Shown piece by piece: positions 49,061 to 57,660 of a DNA stretch of 64,000 nucleotides (the first letter of the stretch is position 1; every line of letters starts with the position of its first letter). Source of the stretch: a virus (Duplodnaviria; Caudoviricetes); IMG/VR virus record IMGVR_UViG_3300028048_000099, positions 34,151 to 98,150 of that record; one strand, written 5' to 3'. The translations under genes and the position numbers were made by a program. Under the pieces are notes generated by a model. The model saw only the letters and a list, made by a program, of their open reading frames with translations. It ran no database searches and had not been told where the DNA came from.

Positions 49061-49419
49061 CTATGGTTGTCCATCACTTTCCCGACCATCTTGACCTCAT
49101 CGTACAGTGAATAGTCCTCCTTCCCCTTCCTCATCCCGTCCATCGTGTCGCACATCTCCCGGTAAATCTCCTCGGGGTTGAACTTGCCCTTGAACGAGCC
49201 GTCCCTCGTCATCATGTCGGCGATGGCGTACACGTCGGCACAGAACTGCTCGTTGAACGGGGGCCCCTGCTTTCTTCTGTCAGCTTCCCACCTCTCAATC
49301 ACATCATATCTTTCATTTAGCAAATCAAAGTACTCTTCCGGAAAATCTTTAGGCCAGGACCATCTTCCCCTCCATCTTTCTGCCGGTTTCTTTTCTTCTT
49401 CCGTTTTCTTTTTAGCCAT
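49039..49419 (-). CDS. Hypothetical protein
   Basis: Likely ATG 49419 (MAKKKTEE); TATTTAT at 49442-49436. Confidence 0.65.
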   Translation of the reverse strand: MAKKKTEEEKKPAERWRGRWSWPKDFPEEYFDLLNERYDVIERWEADRRKQGPPFNEQFCADVYAIADMMTRDGSFKGKFNPEEIYREMCDTMDGMRKGKEDYSLYDEVKMVGKVMDNHRKKTPSK

Positions 49420-49504
49420 ATCGGTTTCTTTATCCATAAATAATAAACACTGAAAATCTTGCTTAGTAAAGGTTTTTTCCGTATATTTCCTTAAAAGGGA
49501 TGTT

Positions 49505-50011
49505 ATGGCGATAAAAAGAATCACATTGACGGACGAGCATATCAGGCTTATACAGAACATTGATTTCCACGCGTTCGAGTTCGGCGAGGAACTGCCCATC
49601 CAGCCGATTGTTGACGCGATGGGGGAGATTGACGAGATGCCGAAAGACGACGCGAGGAGATTCTCGCGCCTCTACGGCAAACTTTTCGACATCCGGAACA
49701 GAATCAACGAGTACAATGACGAGGCCGCCCAGAACGGATGGGGCGTGAACCAGTGGAACATGTTCGGGGGCACGTACGTCATGGAGGACGTGGCGCTCAT
49801 CACCGGGCATTACGGGGAGGCGATTGACGACGGCGCCCAGGGAAAGGTTTACCCCAAGGAGCTGGAGGACCACATGTGGGAGCTTTACCTGTATATCACG
49901 AGCAACATGGAGTGGGTCATGAGACTGGTCCTGTGGTCCGTCTCAAACGGGGGACTCACACCGGGAACGTACAAGACGACGGATAAGGGGATAAGCTGGA
50001 CGAGGGAATAA
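49505..50011 (+). CDS. Hypothetical protein
   Basis: 168-aa ORF; promoter TTGCTT-N17-TATATT at 49459-49487. Confidence 0.75.
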   Translation: MAIKRITLTDEHIRLIQNIDFHAFEFGEELPIQPIVDAMGEIDEMPKDDARRFSRLYGKLFDIRNRINEYNDEAAQNGWGVNQWNMFGGTYVMEDVALITGHYGEAIDDGAQGKVYPKELEDHMWELYLYITSNMEWVMRLVLWSVSNGGLTPGTYKTTDKGISWTRE

Positions 50012-50053
50012 AAAAACGGACTCACAATCAAGTGGGTCCGTTCTCTTTTTTTT
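50010..50053. terminator. Bidirectional terminator
   Basis: AACGGACTCAC-AATCAA-GTGGGTCCGTT with flanking A/T tracts. Confidence 0.7.
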
Positions 50054-50069
50054 ATCCGGTTGAGAGGCG

Positions 50070-52478
50070 CTACGCCGCGTCCTGCACGGTCCATCCGTTT
50101 GGAATACCGCTCGTGCCTGTCGACCAATATGTCATAGAAGCGGCTTTAACGAATATACCTGTATTTGCCACACCATTTACCCAATTACTTGTACAACTAC
50201 TTGCTGATATATCAGTTGCAAGACATTTTATATAGTTAAGATTTGTACAACCATTGAACATATTCATATAACACTGCTGTGGCAATGAAGTAGCAGGTAA
50301 TTCAGGCGCTGTGGTTAGACTTGTACAACCATAGAACATATTCTCATAACACCATCTTGTTAAACTAGTTGCGGGTAGTTCAGGTGCTGTTGTTAGGCTT
50401 GTACAACCATAGAACATACTATTATAACAACTCTGTGTTATACTAGTTGCTGGTAATTCAGGTGCTGTGGTTAGACTTGTACAACCTTGGAACATACTAC
50501 CATAACAACTACTTGCCAATTTGGTAGCAGGTAACTGTGGCGCGGTGGTAAGACTTGTGCAATCATTGAACATACCATAATAACAAGCGCTTGTCAATGT
50601 TGTCGCAGGTAACGAAGGTGCTGTAGTAAGACTTGTGCAACCATCGAACATATAATTATAACAATTACTTGCTAATATAGTTGCTGGTAATTCAGGTGCT
50701 GTGGTTAGACTTGTGCAATCATTGAACATATTATTATAACAACTGCCGGCCAATGTTGTTGCGGGTAACGAAGGTGCTGTAGTAAGACTTGTGCAACCTT
50801 GGAACATATATCTATAACATTCAGTTTCTAATGTTGTTGCCGGTAACTCAGGTGCTGCTGTTAGACTTGTACAACCTGAGAACATAGCATAATAACAATG
50901 AACTGCTAATGTGGTAGCAGGTAACTGTGGCGCGGTGGTAAGACTTGTGCAACCATCGAACATATAATTATAACAACTAATTGCTAACGTAGTAGCAGGT
51001 AACTGTGGCGCAATAGTAAGACTTGTGCAACCCCAGAACATATTATCATAACAATTGGCTGCCAATGTAGTTGCGGGTAACTCAGGTGCAATAGTAAGAC
51101 TTGTACAATCTGAAAACATACTACTATAACAACTACCTTCTAATGTTGTTGCCGGTAATTCAGGTGCTGTTGTTAGGCTTGTACAACCATAGAACATACT
51201 ATTATAACAATCAACTGCTAATGTTGTTGCAGGTAACTGTGGTGCTATTGTTAGACTTGTGCAATCATTGAACATATTAATATAACAACCGCGTGCCAAT
51301 GTTGTCGCAGGTAACAGTAGTTCGCTTGCATCAGTTAAACCAGTACAATTCCCAAACAAATAATTAAATGTATAATCACTTTTTAATGTGGTTAATGTAC
51401 CAAAATTAGTACCCTTAATCAAGGACATTATATTACCTTTGATTTTGAATTGTGCTGTACTTCCGCTAAATGTGTTATAATTCTGAAATGATGTGCCATA
51501 TTGTGAATTATTTCCACAGAATTGAACGGTGTCACCCGCCGCGACTGTTATGCTTGGTGATGGTGAACCCGTATCACTTGTGATGGGTGTCCACTCACCA
51601 TCATTTAATTTATATTGAATGGTTTTACCTAATACCAAGCCCCTGCCATTTGCCATCCAATAGATAGTACCACCACTGGTTATCTCAAATGTAAGTGGTG
51701 TTGAGAATTTTATTTCTTCTTCGGTTTTATTATAATTAATTCTGTTTATTGTCTCACCTTCCTCAGCCTCAACAATTGATTTGACAATAATATTGTTATA
51801 AGTATCTCCAGCTTGAACATGCTTTCCGTTTTCACTAACAAATTCCACGGTACTATTGGTGTAGTTAATGTATTTAAACAAAACACCAACCGCGGGTTCA
51901 ACTGATGTATAACCATTAAGTTCAAGTCGCCCAGTTATTGTTACTGATTCGTTAACTTGTAACTCATGGTCAACTATAAAACTTTTTGAACCTATTGAGA
52001 CGGTAGCAAAATCAACTTCTATCCAATAATATTGTTCACCATCGAATTGAATCATACCAAAAGTAGTACCATTAACGGTACAGGCACTGATTTGTTGGGT
52101 TTGCTCGCCAATTTGCAACTCCTCAATCCATGTTCTCTCAACTGTTCCGGTTGTCTGAGACTCCCCTTGGTAACTGTACATATACTTGTTATCCTGACTA
52201 TTTTCGAAACTAAACGCATAACCGTCAACAGTTATCGTTTGGTTTTCCCCGTCAATCGCGGTTATGTCGCTTTCAATGATATCAGTATTCACATAATCAT
52301 CACCATAACTGCCAAAATAATTAAATTGTTGTTCTAGACCATTTTCAAATTCACCAATAAATGATTTGACATCACCGGTCCCTTTCACCGTCAGGCTTAC
52401 CCAAGGCTCAATATAGTCGTTCCCCCTCGCCGGGCTGAACTCGCCCTCGGTCTCAAACAGATGTAAGTATCTTCCCAT
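50070..52478 (-). CDS. BspA/DUF285-like leucine-rich-repeat protein (candidate adhesin/receptor-binding protein)
   Basis: About 14 tandem 26-aa repeats LPATTLAxxCYxxMFxGCTSLTTAPx, capped by ...GIPNGWTV; likely ATG 52478; CTATTTAT at 52505-52498. Confidence 0.85.
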   Translation of the reverse strand: MGRYLHLFETEGEFSPARGNDYIEPWVSLTVKGTGDVKSFIGEFENGLEQQFNYFGSYGDDYVNTDIIESDITAIDGENQTITVDGYAFSFENSQDNKYMYSYQGESQTTGTVERTWIEELQIGEQTQQISACTVNGTTFGMIQFDGEQYYWIEVDFATVSIGSKSFIVDHELQVNESVTITGRLELNGYTSVEPAVGVLFKYINYTNSTVEFVSENGKHVQAGDTYNNIIVKSIVEAEEGETINRINYNKTEEEIKFSTPLTFEITSGGTIYWMANGRGLVLGKTIQYKLNDGEWTPITSDTGSPSPSITVAAGDTVQFCGNNSQYGTSFQNYNTFSGSTAQFKIKGNIMSLIKGTNFGTLTTLKSDYTFNYLFGNCTGLTDASELLLPATTLARGCYINMFNDCTSLTIAPQLPATTLAVDCYNSMFYGCTSLTTAPELPATTLEGSCYSSMFSDCTSLTIAPELPATTLAANCYDNMFWGCTSLTIAPQLPATTLAISCYNYMFDGCTSLTTAPQLPATTLAVHCYYAMFSGCTSLTAAPELPATTLETECYRYMFQGCTSLTTAPSLPATTLAGSCYNNMFNDCTSLTTAPELPATILASNCYNYMFDGCTSLTTAPSLPATTLTSACYYGMFNDCTSLTTAPQLPATKLASSCYGSMFQGCTSLTTAPELPATSITQSCYNSMFYGCTSLTTAPELPATSLTRWCYENMFYGCTSLTTAPELPATSLPQQCYMNMFNGCTNLNYIKCLATDISASSCTSNWVNGVANTGIFVKAASMTYWSTGTSGIPNGWTVQDAA
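50237..51314 (-). repeat. Coding tandem repeat, 78-nt period, about 14 copies
   Basis: Period read directly (e.g. GC(A/G)GGTA at 50293 and 50371). Confidence 0.92.
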
Positions 52479-52545
52479 AACAAAAAATAGTTTACCAATA
52501 AATAGTAAACTATCCTTGTAAAACCCTTCCCGCGGCGAAAAAAAA

Positions 52546-52839
52546 CTAATATTCCCCCGAGTCAATCGAGCCCTTGTCTATGTTGAAGGGTGACCCGTTC
52601 TTCGCGTCCTCTATGGCTTCCCTTATCCTCTCGTCCACGTACTCGCGCATCTTGCTCTCCGGGACGAACCTCACAATCTCGTCGTTCTCGTTCCTAATCG
52701 CGATGGTCTCAATCCCGGCACCGTAGTTTATCGCTATCTCACCGTACTCAAGCTGGTCGCTGGTCGGGAGTTTGGGGCTGTCGGGGGTCTCCCCATGCTG
52801 CCTGCTCTTTATGTGTATGACTTTCCAGTTCTTCGCCAT
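52546..52839 (-). CDS. Small tail-fibre connector-like protein
   Basis: PTSDQLEYGEIAINY resembles tail-fibre N-terminal attachment motifs; ends IDSGEY; CTATTTAT at 52862-52855. Confidence 0.6.
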   Translation of the reverse strand: MAKNWKVIHIKSRQHGETPDSPKLPTSDQLEYGEIAINYGAGIETIAIRNENDEIVRFVPESKMREYVDERIREAIEDAKNGSPFNIDKGSIDSGEY

Positions 52840-52930
52840 GACGCTCCTTTTATAATAAATAGTTTTGAAACGGGAATACTTTTTTGTATATTAATGATAC
52901 GGATAACATTTAAATTCAGGAGACAAGATT

Positions 52931-53530
52931 ATGACAAACAACACGCTTACCGAGGAGAATTTCAACAGGGAATGGGTCACCTTCTGGGGGAACATGCAAA
53001 CTACCGGTCTCGCCGGACATTGGGACGAGGAGACGCTTAAGGGGCAGCTGAGGAACGCGGCGGGAGCCCTGTCCATTGACACGGGCCTGGCGTATCCTGG
53101 CGCGCTCATCGTCCACATCAACCTTTTCACGAGCATAGCGCTGAGGCTGGCCAAGATGGTGGCCGGCACTTTCCCGGGACTGTCCCCGGAGATGATAACC
53201 AAGGTGTGCCTGGTCCAGCACCTATCGAAGATTGAGATGTACGAGCCCAACGACAACCAGTGGGAGATTGACAAGCGCGGTTTCGCGTACAAGTTCGCCG
53301 AGCTCGACGGGTGCCTGAAGTTCGGCGAGAGGAGCGCGCTCAACGCGTTGAATCTCGGTGTCAAGCTCTCCCCAATAGAGTTTGAGGCCATATGCTCGCT
53401 TGACAAGGATGGCGAGGAGGCGAGGAACCGCAAGTACGTGGTTGACATCCTCACGACCATAGTCCGTCAGGCGAACGAGCTGGCGTACGCCATTGAGCGG
53501 GAGAGGCTCAACAAGGTCCAGGATATCTAA
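52931..53530 (+). CDS. HD-domain-like protein with degenerate metal site
   Basis: AYPGALIVH..VCLVQHLSKIEMY..FGERS; promoter TTGAAA-N16-TATATT at 52865-52892. Confidence 0.65.
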   Translation: MTNNTLTEENFNREWVTFWGNMQTTGLAGHWDEETLKGQLRNAAGALSIDTGLAYPGALIVHINLFTSIALRLAKMVAGTFPGLSPEMITKVCLVQHLSKIEMYEPNDNQWEIDKRGFAYKFAELDGCLKFGERSALNALNLGVKLSPIEFEAICSLDKDGEEARNRKYVVDILTTIVRQANELAYAIERERLNKVQDI

Positions 53531-53533
53531 AAG

Positions 53534-53566
53534 AAAAAGGCCGCGACTCGCGACCTTATTTTTTTT
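53534..53566 (+). terminator. Terminator
   Basis: AAGGCCGCG-ACT-CGCGACCTT followed by a T-tract. Confidence 0.6.
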
Positions 53567-53662
53567 AGGGAACTATATACCTGTTGTCCACGAAAATCCC
53601 GTAGTTTTTCTGTTTTTCAAACTATTTATAAGGAAAATAACGGATTGTAAATAGATTGAAAT

Positions 53663-53959
53663 ATGAAAAAGAATACTGTAAAAATTAATGAAAACACCCT
53701 CAGACAGATTGTTGTTGAGAGCGTGAATAAGGTGTTGAAAGAAAATCAAATGGCATATGCTAACGATGCTGAATTTACCAAAATTATCAATGCTGCTATT
53801 GAAGCTATTGGTAACAAACTATACGATAACTATGGTGGATATAGTGAGCCTAATTTTGAAGACAATTGGGACGAGAATTATTACTATAGGTACAAAGTCT
53901 TGAAACATGCATATGATGCCTTGAATACTTTAATTGAACATCAAGACTCTGACTATTAA
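53663..53959 (+). CDS. Accessory protein with shared N-terminal leader (VKINENTLRQIVVESVNKVLKE)
   Basis: AT-rich cassette with CTATTTATA at 53622-53630 and downstream terminator. Confidence 0.75.
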   Translation: MKKNTVKINENTLRQIVVESVNKVLKENQMAYANDAEFTKIINAAIEAIGNKLYDNYGGYSEPNFEDNWDENYYYRYKVLKHAYDALNTLIEHQDSDY

Positions 53960-54018
53960 CCTACCATCTTCACATCCTAATACCGAATCTTACCGATAGA
54001 CTTTCGAAAAAATAATAT

Positions 54019-54051
54019 AACCCGCAGGATTTCTCCTACGGGTTTTCTTTT
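54019..54051 (+). terminator. Terminator
   Basis: AACCCGCAGGA-TTTC-TCCTACGGGTT followed by T's. Confidence 0.65.
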
Positions 54052-54088
54052 ATTCCATATTGGACAATAGGTATATAGTTCCCTTTTT

Positions 54089-54823
54089 TTATATGAGTTT
54101 GGAGTTCTCCCCTATCCAGGACTCGTATGCCTCATCCCTCTCCTTAAGCCAGTCGGCGAGCGCGCGCCTGTATCTTCTCTGGAACCTGGCCTGGCGGTCC
54201 GGGTCAACGCTGCCGTTCCTTGTCGCGGCCCTTCTCACCCGCTCCTCAATCTCCTCAACCTTATTGAGCCATCCCCTCTCGCCCTCATCATGATAATGCC
54301 TTCCGAAAGCGCCCCAGTCCATGGTGATGTTATACCGCTGTCCGTTCGGCCGCGTGGCTCTCGTGGCTGTGTCCATAGGGTTCTCTATCTCCCTCTTTCT
54401 CTCAAGCTTAACGTGACGGCCCCAGCCCGGTACGGTCTCCGGCCGGCCCCATTCCTGGGCGAGGTATTTCGCGCTCTTATACCTCTCGTTCCTCCGTTGG
54501 GTCCTGGACATTTTTGTACCGCCGTTCTTCCCCCCTGATGAGCTTCTGCCGGCCCCCGTGCCGCCGCCTCCCAGAATCTGGTCAGCGGTCCCGGCCACGG
54601 TATCCTTGCCTTTCGGGTCCACTATACCCCCGATTTTCTCCATCGCCTTTCCGGCGGCGAGACCGGGAGCTAACGTGGCCAAACCAGCCCATTTGGCGGT
54701 GTTAAGAGCCATGTTACCCAGCCGTCCCAAGACACCCTCGTTAGTGGCGTTGGAGACTTCCTCCATGATGATATCCCTCAACACGGATTTGAGCTCACTC
54801 TCCCTCAATATATATTTCGGCAT
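54089..54823 (-). CDS. Leader-bearing protein (ILRESELKSVLRDIIMEEV) with amphipathic then basic regions
   Basis: 244-aa ORF downstream of 54848-55279 in the same unit. Confidence 0.7.
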   Translation of the reverse strand: MPKYILRESELKSVLRDIIMEEVSNATNEGVLGRLGNMALNTAKWAGLATLAPGLAAGKAMEKIGGIVDPKGKDTVAGTADQILGGGGTGAGRSSSGGKNGGTKMSRTQRRNERYKSAKYLAQEWGRPETVPGWGRHVKLERKREIENPMDTATRATRPNGQRYNITMDWGAFGRHYHDEGERGWLNKVEEIEERVRRAATRNGSVDPDRQARFQRRYRRALADWLKERDEAYESWIGENSKLI

Positions 54824-54847
54824 AGCTACCTGTATATAATCTTAATC

Positions 54848-55279
54848 TTATCTCCCGCCGCTTCCGGATGTCTCACCGCCGAGCCCAAGGAAACCTCCCT
54901 TGTCCCTGCTCTTGTTGTCAAGCCCTACGGGGTCCCATTTCTTGTCAACCCACTGGCCGAGAGTGTAACCGCCGACCTCACTCACCCTTTTAAGGATAAA
55001 CTGGCCCAAGGCCCCGTCAGCCGGAATACCTATGGCGTTCAAAAGCTTGGTCAAAATCGGGGCTATCGCGATATGCCCCAGAATCGCGCCTATAATACCC
55101 TCCATGCTTATCCTGCTTCCGAAACCGCCCTCCTGGCCGCCTCCGACCAGTTTACTTAGCCAATTAAGTATACCCTCATCAGTCATGCTCTCGTCAAGCT
55201 CCTCGCTCATAAGGGCCTTGCGCACCTCGTTCTCAACATATTCACGCATTTGCGCCTCATTCAATTTTCTCTCCGTCAT
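54848..55279 (-). CDS. Leader-bearing protein (KLNEAQMREYVENEV) with hydrophobic/amphipathic helices
   Basis: ATATTTAT at 55310-55303; GIIGAILGHIAIAPILTKLL segment. Confidence 0.7.
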   Translation of the reverse strand: MTERKLNEAQMREYVENEVRKALMSEELDESMTDEGILNWLSKLVGGGQEGGFGSRISMEGIIGAILGHIAIAPILTKLLNAIGIPADGALGQFILKRVSEVGGYTLGQWVDKKWDPVGLDNKSRDKGGFLGLGGETSGSGGR

Positions 55280-55370
55280 ATCCTGTTAAACTATAGTTTC
55301 CCATAAATATCTTCCAAGGCATAAAAGTTGACTTTTAAGGGGGTATCCCTTACTTTTTTAGAAAAAAGAT

Positions 55371-55610
55371 ATGGCGAAGAGTATTAATGAGATGTCCATT
55401 GAGGAGCTCGTGGCGGGCGAGAGCGCCGCGGCCACCGTCAGGAGATACCTGGAGGACAAGATGGTGATGTACCGCGGGGTTGACTACAACACCCTGCAGG
55501 GCAAGGAAAGGGAGGAGTACGGCGAGTTGTCCCGGAAACTGTCAAGGGTCAACGCGGCGAGAATTGAGATATTGGCCGAGATGGAGAGGAGGCTCCTGGG
55601 AGAGGAATGA
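55371..55610 (+). CDS. Hypothetical protein
   Basis: 79-aa ORF; promoter TTGACT-N17-TACTTT at 55328-55356. Confidence 0.7.
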   Translation: MAKSINEMSIEELVAGESAAATVRRYLEDKMVMYRGVDYNTLQGKEREEYGELSRKLSRVNAARIEILAEMERRLLGEE

Positions 55611-56605
55611 TGGGCGGTTTTCTCAAAAGGTTCCGGCTTGGCCTGACGCTCTTTTTCCACGGGCTCTTCCAGGGCATGAGGAGCGCGGACACGGCGATGC
55701 TGTCCCAGGTGAGCGGCGAGGACGGGGATGACCAGGAGGTGTCCCACAAGCTTGAGATAAACAGCGTGTACAAGGACCTCCTCAGGGAGAAAAAGACCCA
55801 GGAGGTGCGGGAGACCATTGACATGTCTTACAGGGTCGCCCGTGAGGCGGACAAATATGAGGTGACGCTCATCGGGGACCTGGGAGACGACTCCGTGGGG
55901 TCGGGGAAGGACCTGTCCGCCGTCGCCGTGAGGAAAGTGGCCATGAGATACGACAAACACCCGGAGGTCTTCAACGAGAGGGGTTATCATGTCACGCTTA
56001 TCCAGGACAACAAGAAAATCCAGAAGGCAAACAATTTCTCAATGACCGCAGATGACCTAAAGGAGGCAATAAATACAAATGGAGGAGATTTTGTGACGCT
56101 CATAGACATAAAGTACGACGGGTTCACGCCACGGTTCGCCCTGCAAAACTTCGTTACGAGAATTGTCGTAAGGGAGACCAAGGCCGGAAAGGTCAGGTTG
56201 GACCTGTATCTGCCCGCTGAGGCCGGCCAATTCACCAAGACCGACGCCATCCTCATCGCCGAGCTGCACAGAATCAAGGATAACAACCTGAAAAGGACGG
56301 ATTTTCTTGATATCCAGGCGCTCAGTTTCACTACGGACAAGGCGTTCGGGGCGGAGGATTACGTCTGGTACAATTTCGCCTTCCTGAAGTTCAAGAAGAT
56401 ATCGGTTTTTGACGGGAGTTTCGTCCTCACGTTTGAGGCTGGCGCCACACAGAGCGTTGACATAGTTGAGGAGCATAAGACGGAGAGCCTGAGCAGGAAA
56501 TACGAGGAAATGGCGCCGAGAAAAGGCGATTTGTCCATTGAGAATATCGGGGCGATTGAAAGAAGGGAGAGGAAACTCGCCCAAAATAGCCCTAAGACCG
56601 AATAA
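55607..56605 (+). CDS. Hypothetical protein
   Basis: 332-aa ORF coupled by an ATGA overlap. Confidence 0.75.
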   Translation: MMGGFLKRFRLGLTLFFHGLFQGMRSADTAMLSQVSGEDGDDQEVSHKLEINSVYKDLLREKKTQEVRETIDMSYRVAREADKYEVTLIGDLGDDSVGSGKDLSAVAVRKVAMRYDKHPEVFNERGYHVTLIQDNKKIQKANNFSMTADDLKEAINTNGGDFVTLIDIKYDGFTPRFALQNFVTRIVVRETKAGKVRLDLYLPAEAGQFTKTDAILIAELHRIKDNNLKRTDFLDIQALSFTTDKAFGAEDYVWYNFAFLKFKKISVFDGSFVLTFEAGATQSVDIVEEHKTESLSRKYEEMAPRKGDLSIENIGAIERRERKLAQNSPKTE

Positions 56606-56608
56606 CGC

Positions 56609-56636
56609 TTGACAATGGCCGCCGCGGGGCTATATT
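56609..56636 (+). promoter_or_regulatory. Near-consensus sigma70-like promoter
   Basis: TTGACA-N16-TATATT, about 23 nt upstream of ATG 56660. Confidence 0.7.
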
Positions 56637-56659
56637 CTTAAGGAAAGACATTTTGAGAC

Positions 56660-57256
56660 ATGAGAATAGCGATAGACCTTAATGACGTGGTGAGGGATTT
56701 CACGTACAATTTCCTTATGTGTTACGTGAGGGGTTACAACCACCAATATGACCCGGAGGATTTCAACGAGACGACCAATGACATGGAGCTCGCGCTGCCG
56801 TTCAAGACGACGAGGGCCTACGAGAAGTTCGTCTACGAGGATTACCCCTTCGAGCTGTTCGGGAAATGCCCGACATGCACGAAAAAACTGACTGAGCAGC
56901 TGAACGAGTGGACCGAGCGGACATTGAAAGACATTGACACGGACGAGCCGGTGGAGGTGATGTTCGTCTCAACCATGGAATACGGCGCGTCAATCGGGAA
57001 CACGTACTTTTTCCTCTCAAAGTTAGGCACGAAAATACGCGAGGTTTACCTTCCGAGCGATTCAAGCACCATTTGGGACCGCTGCGATGTCCTCGTAACC
57101 GCGAACCCCTCGCTTCTCGAAAGCAAGCCGGACGGGAAGACCGCAATCAGGATTGAGAAGGAGTACAACAAGGATTGCCCGGCCGATTACCACTATGAGA
57201 CATTGAGCCTTTTCCTCACGGACAGGAATATAATCGAAAAATTGCTTGAAAAATGA
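56660..57256 (+). CDS. HAD-superfamily 5'(3')-deoxyribonucleotidase-like protein (atypical active site)
   Basis: MRIAIDLNDVVRD; C-terminal IRIEKEYNKD. Motif I is DxN rather than DxD, and motif IV acidic residues appear absent (LVTANP). Confidence 0.65.
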   Translation: MRIAIDLNDVVRDFTYNFLMCYVRGYNHQYDPEDFNETTNDMELALPFKTTRAYEKFVYEDYPFELFGKCPTCTKKLTEQLNEWTERTLKDIDTDEPVEVMFVSTMEYGASIGNTYFFLSKLGTKIREVYLPSDSSTIWDRCDVLVTANPSLLESKPDGKTAIRIEKEYNKDCPADYHYETLSLFLTDRNIIEKLLEK

Positions 57257-57660
57257 ATATACTGCAAGAACTTAGCAAGAAAGTGATGGACATCGGTACC
57301 GACCAGGAAAGGTTATACGAGTTATGGAAATCAACAAATATGCTTGATGGGTTGGATGAGGGAACCGCCAGGAAAGTAGCTGATGGTTTCACAAGAATGG
57401 CACGATATCTGTTTGTTACGGAAAGCGCCTATCTCGGGTCGGTACTTGTATGTGCCTTTCCTGTCGTGAGGGCAGTCTTCTCAAGGTATGGCGGTCCAAA
57501 TGATAAATATAGCCCGATGGCCGTGTGTGAGCAACTTAACCAAACGATAAAAGAGCTTGCCGATAAGGATGTGTCTTCTCTCGGTATTGATTGTGAGGCG
57601 GAGGCAACCCAGGCGGTGGCGAAGTATTTTTCAAACGAACCTACAAAAATAAATGAATAG
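57253..57660 (+). CDS. Small protein resembling the N-terminal part of a T4-type major capsid protein
   Basis: LWKSTNMLDGL...MARYL...AFPVVRAVFS; resemblance recalled, not searched. Confidence 0.55.
   Translation: MNILQELSKKVMDIGTDQERLYELWKSTNMLDGLDEGTARKVADGFTRMARYLFVTESAYLGSVLVCAFPVVRAVFSRYGGPNDKYSPMAVCEQLNQTIKELADKDVSSLGIDCEAEATQAVAKYFSNEPTKINE

Noticed and set aside
50237-51314. CRISPR array or diversity-generating retroelement
   Set aside because: Repeats are in-frame coding units without repeat-spacer structure. No reverse transcriptase or template repeat was seen in the window, and variation is not obviously adenine-restricted. A DGR elsewhere in the genome cannot be excluded.
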